Positions 34,550 through 42,833 of a DNA stretch of 46,366 bases are shown piece by piece. Source of the DNA: Gaiellaceae bacterium (GTDB lineage Bacteria; Actinomycetota; Thermoleophilia; Gaiellales; Gaiellaceae); assembly GCA_036820565.1 (NCBI GenBank), contig DAISLG010000001.1, positions 10,614 to 56,979 on the forward strand, in the 5' to 3' direction. The notes beneath the pieces were generated by a model. It had not been told where the DNA came from. It saw only the letters and a list, made by a program, of their open reading frames with translations, and searched no databases. Each line of letters starts with the position of its first letter. Position 1 is the stretch's first letter. The translations under genes and the position numbers were made by a program.

Positions 34550-36057
34550 CGAGCGTAGATCTTTGTTGTATCGACGGTCGCGATCAGCCGGTAACCGCCG
34601 CGTACGATCGCGCCCTGCCAGTCTGGTGCGGGCGGCGGCACGTCCCAGTTTTGATAGACGAGGAGGTGCGTCCGGCGCTCCGCCACCATCCGCTCAACGT
34701 CGGCGACGCTCGCCATCCGGTACCGCTGCGCCTCCGCCTCGGAGAGCGAGGCGGCCGAGCTCGGCGCGAAATCCGTTTCGAGTCCGTGCACCGGCAGCGC
34801 GTGCGACCCCCACGCATAGCCGGGCCAGGACATGAGGACGCGTTCGCCTGGCCGCGTCCGCGCGTTAACCGCGGCCGCCGTCTCCTCGACCCGCGCGATC
34901 CGCAGCTCGGTACTGCGACGGATGTAACGGCTTGCGTCGACGGCACCGAGGAGCAGATAGACCGCCACGAGCGCGGCGCCGGCGCCCAGCAGCGCCCGCC
35001 TGAGCGGCTCGTCGGCCGCGACTGAAGCGCGCGCCCCCAGCGCTGCGACGAGCTCGAGTACGCCGATCACAAGGAACGGCACGACGGTGCAGAGGTACTG
35101 GCCGTACGTCGGCGTGGGCAGGAGGCTCGCGACGCCCAGCAGCGCGGCGATCGAGAGCGCGAGCGACACGCGCCGCTCGAGCGCGAAAAGCAGGACCGCC
35201 GCCGCCGCGGCGGCGGCGAACAGAAGCAGGAACTGCGGCATCCCTCCGTCCGGCGTCCCGATCCCGAGGATGTTCAGGACGGTGCGGCCCTTCTGGTCGA
35301 GATCGCCGACCAGGCTGCCGCCGGCGCTTTTGGTCGAGTGGTAGCGGACATTGTCGAAGAAGAAACGGCTCGGGTCGACGACGAAGAGCACGATCGAGGG
35401 CAGGAGTCCGGCCGCGAATCCGACACCGAGCGCGGTCAGCCTCCCCCGGCCGTGGCGCGCCGCGGCAACGGCGAAGGCAGGCAGCGCCGACGCGAAGATG
35501 AGGCGCACATCGACCGCGAGGCCGAGGAGCAGGCCGCAGGCGAGCCAGCGCGCGCGGGAGATGCCGGCACGCTCGACGAGGACGTACGCCGCGAAGAGCA
35601 ACAGCGTCGAGAGCGCGTACGTCTTCACGGTCGGATACCACGCGAGGACGAGTCCCGAGCCCGCGAAGAGCAGGAGCCCGAGCGAAGCCGTCCGGGGGCC
35701 GAACCGCGGGCGGGCGTGCCTGTACAGGAGCAGCCCAACCCCCGTTGCGAACGCAACTGACAGGAGCCGTGCGGCGTACCAGCTCTCGCCGGTTGCGACG
35801 CCCCACACACCGTAGACATACGGCAGCAGGGGCATTTGCACGTAGAGGAAGTCGTGGTAGGGCACATCCCCGCGCAGCGCCAGCTTGGCAGCTGCGAGGT
35901 ATGTCCCCTCGTCGATGTCGACATAGCGCCAGATCGCGAGCGGGACGAGCACGAGCGCCTGCACTGCGACGACGGCGACGTCGCCTAGCGCGCGTGAACG
36001 GGCGCGGGTGGAGCGGCGCGCAACCGCCTGAGCGTGTCTGGACAGGCCGGCCGTCAC
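34546..36057 (-). CDS. GT-C fold membrane glycosyltransferase (PMT_2/GT39-like)
   Basis: GTG 36057 lies 1 nt after the stop of the GtrB-like gene. The first-loop acidic motif is YVDIDEGTYLAAAKLALRGDVPYHDFLYVQMPLLPYVYG. The protein has at least 10 hydrophobic spans. Confidence 0.75.
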   Translation of the reverse strand: MTAGLSRHAQAVARRSTRARSRALGDVAVVAVQALVLVPLAIWRYVDIDEGTYLAAAKLALRGDVPYHDFLYVQMPLLPYVYGVWGVATGESWYAARLLSVAFATGVGLLLYRHARPRFGPRTASLGLLLFAGSGLVLAWYPTVKTYALSTLLLFAAYVLVERAGISRARWLACGLLLGLAVDVRLIFASALPAFAVAAARHGRGRLTALGVGFAAGLLPSIVLFVVDPSRFFFDNVRYHSTKSAGGSLVGDLDQKGRTVLNILGIGTPDGGMPQFLLLFAAAAAAAVLLFALERRVSLALSIAALLGVASLLPTPTYGQYLCTVVPFLVIGVLELVAALGARASVAADEPLRRALLGAGAALVAVYLLLGAVDASRYIRRSTELRIARVEETAAAVNARTRPGERVLMSWPGYAWGSHALPVHGLETDFAPSSAASLSEAEAQRYRMASVADVERMVAERRTHLLVYQNWDVPPPAPDWQGAIVRGGYRLIATVDTTKIYAR

Positions 36058-36058
36058 G

Positions 36059-37033
36059 CTAGTGTCGAACGGCGACCGGCTGCTCGCCGCCGATCGCCAT
36101 CGGCAGGTCGCCGAACCCGTGCGCCTCGCGGATCACGTACAGCGGCCGGGCCTTGACCTCCTCGTAGATCCGCCCGATGTAGAGGCCGGTCATCCCGATC
36201 ACCGTCAGCTGGATCCCGCCGAGGAACGAGACGACGACGAGAAGCGAGGCCCAGCCGGGGACGACGAACGCCCCCGCGAGCTTTGCGACGATCGCGCCGA
36301 TCCCGACGACGAACGACGCGACGGAGAACAGGAAGCCGACGACGAGCGCCGTCCGCAGGGGGAGGTCCGAGAAGCTGACGATGCCGTCGACCGCGAGCCG
36401 GAGCGATTTCCGGAACGAGTACTTCGGCTCGCCGGCGTAGCGCTGCTCGCGGCGGTAGGGCACTCCGATCTGGCGGAAGCCGATCCAGCTGAACATGCCG
36501 CGCACGTAGCGGTTCCGCTCGCGCATCGAGCGGAAGGTGTCGAGAGCCCGGCGGTCGACCAGGCGGAAGTCGCCCACGTCGACCGGAATGTCCACATTCG
36601 AGAGCCGGCGCAGCAGCCGGTAGAAGCCCGCGGCCAGGTGTCGTTTCAGCCAGCCGTCGCCTTCGCGCCGCTCGCGCACCGCGTAGACGACCTCGTAGCC
36701 CTCGCGCCAGCGAGCGACGAGCTCGGGCACGAGCTCGGGCGGATCCTGGAGATCGGCGTCGAGCACGATCGCGGCCTCCCCGAGCGCCAGGTCGAGCCCT
36801 GCCGAGATCGCGACCTGGTGGCCGAAGTTGCGCGCGAAGCGCACGACCTTGCAGCGAGGATCGCGCTCGTGGAGCTCGATCAGCAGCTCGCGGCTTCCGT
36901 CCGAGCTCGCGTCGTCGACGAACACGAACTCGCTGTCGCCGTCGAGGCCGTCGGCGACGGCTGAGAGCCGCGTGTGCAGCTCGGGGAGTGTGTCCCGCTC
37001 GTTGTAGACCGGGATGACGAACGAGTAGCGCAC
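36059..37033 (-). CDS. GT2 polyprenyl-phosphate glycosyltransferase with C-terminal TM helices (GtrB/ArnC-like)
   Basis: FVIPVYNE, FVDDASSDGS and LDADLQDPPE, followed by two C-terminal hydrophobic spans (ALVVGFLFSVASFVVGIGAIV, LLVVVSFLGGIQLTVIGMTGLYI). Confidence 0.9.
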   Translation of the reverse strand: MRYSFVIPVYNERDTLPELHTRLSAVADGLDGDSEFVFVDDASSDGSRELLIELHERDPRCKVVRFARNFGHQVAISAGLDLALGEAAIVLDADLQDPPELVPELVARWREGYEVVYAVRERREGDGWLKRHLAAGFYRLLRRLSNVDIPVDVGDFRLVDRRALDTFRSMRERNRYVRGMFSWIGFRQIGVPYRREQRYAGEPKYSFRKSLRLAVDGIVSFSDLPLRTALVVGFLFSVASFVVGIGAIVAKLAGAFVVPGWASLLVVVSFLGGIQLTVIGMTGLYIGRIYEEVKARPLYVIREAHGFGDLPMAIGGEQPVAVRH

Positions 37034-37097
37034 GCTGGATCAGCGCCGATCGTAGCCGCACCGGCCGGCGAGCTGGTCAGGCGCTACCTTTTCTCGC
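37034..37097. promoter_or_regulatory. divergent intergenic spacer
   Basis: 64 bp lie between starts 37033 (-) and 37098 (+). Confidence 0.3.
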
Positions 37098-38210
37098 GTG
37101 CCGCCCGTTGCAGCCGCGACCCTTCCGAGACTCGGCTACCGGCCCGCGCTCGACGGCATCCGGGCCATCGCGATCGCGCTCGTCGTTTCCTGGCACGCGT
37201 TCGGCCGCCCGGCCGGTGGCTTTCTCGGCGTGCACGTGTTCTTCGCGCTCAGCGGCTTCCTGATCACGACTCTGCTCCTGGAGGAGTGGGCTTCGCGCGG
37301 CTCGATCTCCCTCTCGCGGTTCTACCAGCGGCGGGCCCTTCGCCTGTTCCCCGCACTCGTCGTCATGCTCGGCGCGTACACGGCCGTTCAGCTCGGGCGT
37401 GCTTATCTCCTCGACACCCAGAGCCTCGACGTGTCGACGTCGATGAAGGGCGTGCTCTACAGCGCGCTCTACGTCTCCAACATCGTCCAGGCGCACGGTC
37501 TCGTGCTCGGAGTGCCGATCAGTCACCTGTGGTCGCTGGCGGCCGAGGAGCAGTTCTACGTCGTCTGGCCGTGCGTTCTCCTGCTGGCGTTGCGCTTGGG
37601 TGCCGGCCGGCGCGCGATCGCGCTCGGTCTCGCCGCTCTCGTGGCGCTGCTCTGGGTCCACAGGTTCCACCTGACGCACACCGGGGCGTCGCAACGGCGG
37701 CTCTACTTCGCGCCCGACACGAACTTCGATGCGATCCTGATCGGTTGTGTGGCCGGAGTCGCGTTTCGGGGCCGGGTTCCGCGGCGTTCCCTTGGCCTGG
37801 CTGCGGCCGGCGCATTCGCCGTCGTCGCTGCGATCGTCGCGGTGGTGAACATCGGCGAACGGGCGCTCTACGGCGAGCTGCTGGCCACGTTCGCGGTCGC
37901 CGCGGCGGTGCTCGTGCTCGCGACGGCGAACGAGACGCCGTCGCTCCTCTCGCGCGCCCTGAGTCTGCCGCCGCTCGTCTTCCTCGGGCAGATCTCGTAC
38001 TCCCTCTATCTCTGGCACCCGATGATTCTGTCGTTCGGCGACAAGCTGCTCGGGATCCCGCGCGCAGCCGGCGTGCTGATCTCGCTCGGCGTCGCGACGG
38101 CGTCCTACTATCTCGTCGAGCGCCCTTTCCTGCGCCTGAAGCGCCGGCGGGGCGCGCCCGACGACCCCGGCGCAACGGGTTTCGCGGCCGCCCCACCTGA
38201 ACCCTCGTAG
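37098..38210 (+). CDS. acyltransferase family 3 (membrane O-acyltransferase)
   Basis: GTG start. Motifs are LDGIRAIAIALVVSWH and HVFFALSGFLIT, with about 10 hydrophobic spans. Confidence 0.85.
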   Translation: MPPVAAATLPRLGYRPALDGIRAIAIALVVSWHAFGRPAGGFLGVHVFFALSGFLITTLLLEEWASRGSISLSRFYQRRALRLFPALVVMLGAYTAVQLGRAYLLDTQSLDVSTSMKGVLYSALYVSNIVQAHGLVLGVPISHLWSLAAEEQFYVVWPCVLLLALRLGAGRRAIALGLAALVALLWVHRFHLTHTGASQRRLYFAPDTNFDAILIGCVAGVAFRGRVPRRSLGLAAAGAFAVVAAIVAVVNIGERALYGELLATFAVAAAVLVLATANETPSLLSRALSLPPLVFLGQISYSLYLWHPMILSFGDKLLGIPRAAGVLISLGVATASYYLVERPFLRLKRRRGAPDDPGATGFAAAPPEPS

Positions 38211-38234
38211 GCCTCGCGGCTATCATCGGGTGCG

Positions 38235-40040
38235 ATGTGCGGGATCCTCGGCATCCTGTCGGCCGAGGGGCAGCTGCGTCCGGAAGCCCTGGATGCAATC
38301 GAGCTGCTCCACCACCGTGGTCCCGACGGCGAGGGCCGGTATGCGTCCGGGCCGGTCGCGCTGGCGATGCGCCGGCTCGCCATCATCGACCTCGAGACCG
38401 GCGACCAGCCCGTGGCGAACGAGGCGGGCAACGTCGTCGCGGTCGTTAACGGGGAGATCTACAACTACCGCGAGCTCCGGGCCGAGCTCGCCGCCTCGGG
38501 GCACGAGTTCCGGGCCGAGGGCGACGTCGAGGTCGTCCCGCACCTGTACGAGAGCCACGGCGTAGAGGGGCTCGAGCGCCTGCGTGGGATGTTCGCGCTC
38601 GCGCTCTGGGACGACCGGCGCCGCACGCTCGTGCTCGCGCGCGACCGGTTCGGGATCAAGCCGCTGTACCTCGCCGAAACAGCGGACGGGCTCGCCTTCG
38701 CCTCCGAGATCGCGCCCCTCCTCGCACTCGGTGCCTCCGACGAGCCCGATCCGGTCGCGATCGCGGAGTACCTCGGGCTCGGCTACGTTCCCGGCGAGGC
38801 GACCGGGCTGCGGGCGGTCCGGAAGCTCGCCCCCGGGCATACGCTGGTCGTCGAGGACGGGCGGCGGGATGAGCAGCCGTACTGGACGCTTACGCCGAGG
38901 CCGGCGGCACTCGCGGAGACGCTCGCGGAGGCTGTCCGGCTGCACCTCCGCTCCGACGTGCCGCTCGCAGTCCTCCTCTCTGGCGGGCTCGACTCGAGCC
39001 TCATCGCGGCGCTGGCCGCGGAGGAGGTCGAGCAGCCGCTGCGGACGTTCACGGTCGGGTTCGCCGACGCGGAGTACGACGAGCGCGAACCGGCGCGCGC
39101 GGTTGCGCAGGCGCTCGGGACCCAGCACGAGGAGCTGCTGGTCGAGACGTCGCTCGCGGCTGACCTGCCGGAGATCGCAGCACGTCTCGAGCAGCCGCTC
39201 GCCGACCCCGCGGCGATCCCGCTCTGGTACCTCACGCGTGCAGTCGCAGGGGAGGTCAAGGTCGCGCTGGCGGGAGACGGCGGCGACGAGGTCTTCGGCG
39301 GCTACTCGCGCTACGCGTGGGACGGCCGCGCCGCGAAGCTCGGACGCCTGCTCCCGACGGGCGCCCTCGCGCAGCTGCTCGGCCGCCTCCCCCACGGCGC
39401 GGGCCGGAAGGATCTCTCCCGGCGAGTGGTCAAGCTGCTGCGCCACGCGGGCAAGCCGGAGGCCGAGCGCTACGTCTCCTGGTTCTCGCTCGCTCCCGAG
39501 GACGGCCGCGCCGAGGCGTTCGAGCGTCTCTTCGCGCGAGCGCCTGCGGCCCTGACGCCGCTCGGCCGGCTCCAGTACGTCGACCTCTACTCGATGCTCG
39601 CGGACAACCTGATGCTAAAAGCCGACAAGCTGAGCATGGCCCACTCGCTGGAGCTGCGCGTCCCGTTTCTCGACCAACGCGTCGTCGAGGCGGGGCTCGC
39701 ACTGCCGGACCGCGAGAAGGTGCACGGCGTGCGTACGAAGACTGCGTTGCGGAAGCTGGTCGCGGAGCGGCTGCCGCCGGAGATCGCCAGGCGGCCGAAG
39801 CAGGGCTTCGACGTGCCGCTCGACCGCTGGCTCCGCGGCGAGCTTCGAGACGTGGCCGACGCGGCCCTCGGCGCGCTCGAAGGCCTCGTCGACGAGCCCG
39901 GTGCGCGCGACTTGCGCGATCGTCACCTCGCCGGACGGGACGAGCTGGGGCCGCAGTTGTACGCGCTCGTGATGCTCGGTCTCTGGCGCGACGGGCTGCG
40001 GACGCGGCGCGTGCAGCCGCTCGCCGGCGCGCGGGCGTGA
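38235..40040 (+). CDS. asnB: asparagine synthase (glutamine-hydrolysing) family amidotransferase
   Basis: MCGILGILS (Ntn Cys2) and PP-loop LSGGLDSSLIAA. 601 aa. Confidence 0.9.
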   Translation: MCGILGILSAEGQLRPEALDAIELLHHRGPDGEGRYASGPVALAMRRLAIIDLETGDQPVANEAGNVVAVVNGEIYNYRELRAELAASGHEFRAEGDVEVVPHLYESHGVEGLERLRGMFALALWDDRRRTLVLARDRFGIKPLYLAETADGLAFASEIAPLLALGASDEPDPVAIAEYLGLGYVPGEATGLRAVRKLAPGHTLVVEDGRRDEQPYWTLTPRPAALAETLAEAVRLHLRSDVPLAVLLSGGLDSSLIAALAAEEVEQPLRTFTVGFADAEYDEREPARAVAQALGTQHEELLVETSLAADLPEIAARLEQPLADPAAIPLWYLTRAVAGEVKVALAGDGGDEVFGGYSRYAWDGRAAKLGRLLPTGALAQLLGRLPHGAGRKDLSRRVVKLLRHAGKPEAERYVSWFSLAPEDGRAEAFERLFARAPAALTPLGRLQYVDLYSMLADNLMLKADKLSMAHSLELRVPFLDQRVVEAGLALPDREKVHGVRTKTALRKLVAERLPPEIARRPKQGFDVPLDRWLRGELRDVADAALGALEGLVDEPGARDLRDRHLAGRDELGPQLYALVMLGLWRDGLRTRRVQPLAGARA

Positions 40041-40849
40041 CCTTCGCCGAGCGGGCCGCCGAGCTCGACAGCGCGCGCCCGGCGTCCTTTCGCCTCCGCG
40101 CGGCGCTCCGCGGTGGCGGGCTTCGTGTCCTGCGCGCCCGGCGCCGCCAGCCGTCGCCGGGCGTTCGGATTGTCCACTACCACCACGTCTTCACCGACGA
40201 GCTGCGCGGCTTCGCCCGGCAGATCGCGCTCTTCCGGCGCGAATTCGAGCCCGTCTCGCTCTCGGAGGCCGTCCGGCGGCTGCGCGAGGGCGAGATTGGC
40301 GGCCGCGAGCTCGTGGTCACCTTCGACGACGGGTTTCGGAACCAGCTCGAGCAAGCGGCGCCGCTGCTCCGCGAGCAGGGCATCACCGGATGCTTCTTCC
40401 TCGTCAACGACCTGCTCTCGGCGAACGCCGAGCACGCTGGGGAGATCTGCCGTGAGCGCCTCCACCTTCCGAGGCCGGTGGAGCCGCTCGGGTGGGACGA
40501 CGCGCCGCGCCTGCTCGAGCTCGGCCACGAGATCGGCTCGCATACGAAGAGCCACCCGAACCTGGCGGAGCTCCGACCGGCCGAGCTCGACGCGGAGCTA
40601 CGCGAGTCGCGAGTGGAGCTCGGCCGCCGGCTGGGCACGGCGATCCAGCATTTCAGCGCGCCGTACGGCGAGACGCAGCGCTTCACGCCGGAGGTGTCCG
40701 AGGCAGCCCGCGCGGCCGGCTTCGAGAGCTGTGCGACGGCGCAGCGCGGCGTCAACACCTCCGGGGACGACGTGTTCGCGCTGCGCCGCGAGCACCTGAT
40801 CGCCACGTGGCCGGCCGAGGACGCCCGCTACTTCCTGACCCGCTCGTGA
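40037..40849 (+). CDS. polysaccharide deacetylase (CE4)
   Basis: GTG 40037 overlaps the asnB TGA (GTGA). This is the real part of track ORF 39317..40849. Motifs are VVTFDDGFRNQ and GHEIGSHTKSHPNL. Confidence 0.85.
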   Translation: MTFAERAAELDSARPASFRLRAALRGGGLRVLRARRRQPSPGVRIVHYHHVFTDELRGFARQIALFRREFEPVSLSEAVRRLREGEIGGRELVVTFDDGFRNQLEQAAPLLREQGITGCFFLVNDLLSANAEHAGEICRERLHLPRPVEPLGWDDAPRLLELGHEIGSHTKSHPNLAELRPAELDAELRESRVELGRRLGTAIQHFSAPYGETQRFTPEVSEAARAAGFESCATAQRGVNTSGDDVFALRREHLIATWPAEDARYFLTRS

Positions 40850-41550
40850 AGGTCGTCGTCCTGACCCGCAACCCGCGTGGGATCGCCTCGCGCTTCCTCG
40901 CCCGCGGCAACGTCGACGTCGCCGCAGTGATCCTCGACGAGAGCCGCGGGACGACGATTCGCCGCAAGCTGCGCAAGCTCCGGCGCGCGGGGCCGACCGC
41001 GGCACCCGTGGGGTTCGTTCTCCGGCGCGCATACGCGTCGGCCGCCGCCGCGCCGTCGCTCGAAGAGCTCGGCGTCCCGATCGTGCGGGTTTCGACGCTG
41101 AACGGCCCGCAGGCCCGCGCGGCCCTCGCCGGCGCCGACGTCGCCGTCTCGCTCGAGAACTCGCTGATCTCAGCGGCGACGTTCACGATCCCCGCGCACG
41201 GGGCGATCAACGTCCATCACGGCGCGGTGCCCGAGTACCGCGGCGGCCCGCCCGTCTTCTGGGAGCTGGCCGACGGCCGCGACACGGTCGGCTTCACGGT
41301 GCACCGGATCGACGCCGGCATCGACACCGGCCCGGTGCTGGCGGAGGGCGCCGTGCCGATCCGCCGCCGGCGGAGCCTCCCGGAGACCCTGGCCGCGACG
41401 ATTCCGCCGCTCTACGACGCGAGCCTCGACGCGCTCGAAGGCGTGCTCGCCGGCGACCTCGAGGGCCGCCCGCAGCGACCTGGGGGCGCGCTTCGCACCA
41501 CGCCGGCCCTCCGGGACTACCTGCGCGTCCGCCGCTCGCTCCGCCACTAG
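40846..41550 (+). CDS. formyltransferase-domain protein (Fmt/ArnA N-domain-like)
   Basis: GTG 40846 overlaps the upstream TGA (GTGA). INVHHGAVPEYRGGPPVFWELADGRDTVGFTVHRIDAGIDTGPVL matches the HxxxLPxxRG ... DxGxDTG pattern. At 234 aa it has no Fmt C-terminal domain. Confidence 0.75.
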   Translation: MKVVVLTRNPRGIASRFLARGNVDVAAVILDESRGTTIRRKLRKLRRAGPTAAPVGFVLRRAYASAAAAPSLEELGVPIVRVSTLNGPQARAALAGADVAVSLENSLISAATFTIPAHGAINVHHGAVPEYRGGPPVFWELADGRDTVGFTVHRIDAGIDTGPVLAEGAVPIRRRRSLPETLAATIPPLYDASLDALEGVLAGDLEGRPQRPGGALRTTPALRDYLRVRRSLRH

Positions 41551-41607
41551 TGCCGCTCCAGCGAATGTCCTCCGGCTTCTGGCCCGCGATCACTCGGCGC
41601 GCTGCGG

Positions 41608-41650
41608 CGTCCTCAGTCGCACCCATAACTTCGGCTATGGGTGCTCTGCC
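41608..41650. repeat. conserved hairpin motif, copy B (partner at 16576..16618)
   Basis: The sequence is cgtcctcagtcgcacccataacttcggctatgggtgctctgcc. It has a 9-bp stem GCACCCATA/TATGGGTGC, with an inner C-G pair closing a TTCG loop. A second hairpin, GCCGAGC-GCA-GCTCGGC, follows at 41648..41664. Confidence 0.6.
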
Positions 41651-41738
41651 GAGCGCAGCTCGGCCCATTGCATCGCTTGGTGCTCGCGACCCAGAACCTC
41701 GGCAACATCCACTGGAGCGCCACTAGCATCGGACGCCG

Positions 41739-42833
41739 ATGATCCTGAAGGCGCTCTTCTGGGGCTCGCTCGGCGCGCTCGCGTGGACGCACGCGGGGTA
41801 CCCGGCTGCGGCCGCGCTTGGGGCGCGTCTCCGCCCGCGCCCGGTGCGCAAAGGCGGCGCGCTTCCGACCGTCTCGATCGTCGTCGCCGCCTGGAACGAG
41901 GAGGACGTGATCGAGCGCCGGCTCGACAACCTGATCGGCCTCGACTACCCGGCGGAGCTCGTCGAGATCGTGGTCGCCTCGGACGCGTCCACCGACCGCA
42001 CCGACGTGCTGGTCGAGGCCGTCGCCCTGCGGGAGCCGCGCGTCCGGCCGATCCGGGCCCCGCGCGGCGGCAAGGTCGCGGCGCAGAACCTCGCCGTGCG
42101 CGAAACGAGCGGCGAGATCCTTGCCTTCTCCGACGCGAACGCGACGTGGGCGGCCCCCGCCCTCCGCAAGCTCGTGCGGAACTTCGCGGACGAGGAGGTC
42201 GCCTACGTCTGCGGCCAGTTGTGCCTGGAGCGGCCCGACGGGTCGAACCGCGAGGGCGCGTACTGGCGCTATGAGCTCCTGCTCCGCGAGAGCGAGTCGG
42301 CGCTCGGCTCCGTCACCGGCGGAAACGGCGCGATCTACGCGGTGCGGCGCTCCGACTACGTCGAGGTCGACCCGCGCTTCGGTCACGACCTTGCCTTCCC
42401 GTACCTGATGGTGCAGCGGGGGCGGCGGGCCGTCTACGAGCCGGAGGCCGTCGCGTTCGAGAAGCCGTCCCGCGACATCGAGGACGAGTACCGGCGCAAG
42501 GTGCGAATGTTCGAGCACTGCTGGCTGATCACGTTGCGAGGCCGGATGTTCCGCGACCTCGACCCGGTCTACCTCGCCGAGGTCGTTTCGCACCGGGCTC
42601 TTCGCTACGGCAGTGGAATCCTCCACGTGATCTTGCTCGGCTCGAGCGCGGCGCTCGCGCCCCGCGGCGGCGTCTACGCGGCTGCGCTGGGCGGCCAGCT
42701 GCTCTTCCTGACGGTGTCCGCGGCTCGTCCGGGGTTGCCGCGCTACTACACGGTCGTAACATGGGCGACCGTCGAGGCCTTGGCGAACTACCTGCGAAAC
42801 GGAGTGCCGGCGGTATGGGAGAAGGCGAGATGA
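41739..42833 (+). CDS. membrane-associated GT2 glycosyltransferase
   Basis: N-terminal hydrophobic span, SIVVAAWNEEDVI, VVASDASTDRT, FSDANAT and GGNGAIYAVRR, plus C-terminal hydrophobic spans. Confidence 0.85.
   Translation: MILKALFWGSLGALAWTHAGYPAAAALGARLRPRPVRKGGALPTVSIVVAAWNEEDVIERRLDNLIGLDYPAELVEIVVASDASTDRTDVLVEAVALREPRVRPIRAPRGGKVAAQNLAVRETSGEILAFSDANATWAAPALRKLVRNFADEEVAYVCGQLCLERPDGSNREGAYWRYELLLRESESALGSVTGGNGAIYAVRRSDYVEVDPRFGHDLAFPYLMVQRGRRAVYEPEAVAFEKPSRDIEDEYRRKVRMFEHCWLITLRGRMFRDLDPVYLAEVVSHRALRYGSGILHVILLGSSAALAPRGGVYAAALGGQLLFLTVSAARPGLPRYYTVVTWATVEALANYLRNGVPAVWEKAR

Noticed and set aside
36062-36964. 300-aa plus-strand ORF opposite the GtrB-like gene
   Set aside because: The translation is Asp/Glu/Arg-rich, and the minus-strand frame has textbook GT2 motifs. 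The antisense ORFs 38223-39446, 41613-42626, 43514-44701, 21295-22533 and 19914-20861 are rejected for the same reason.
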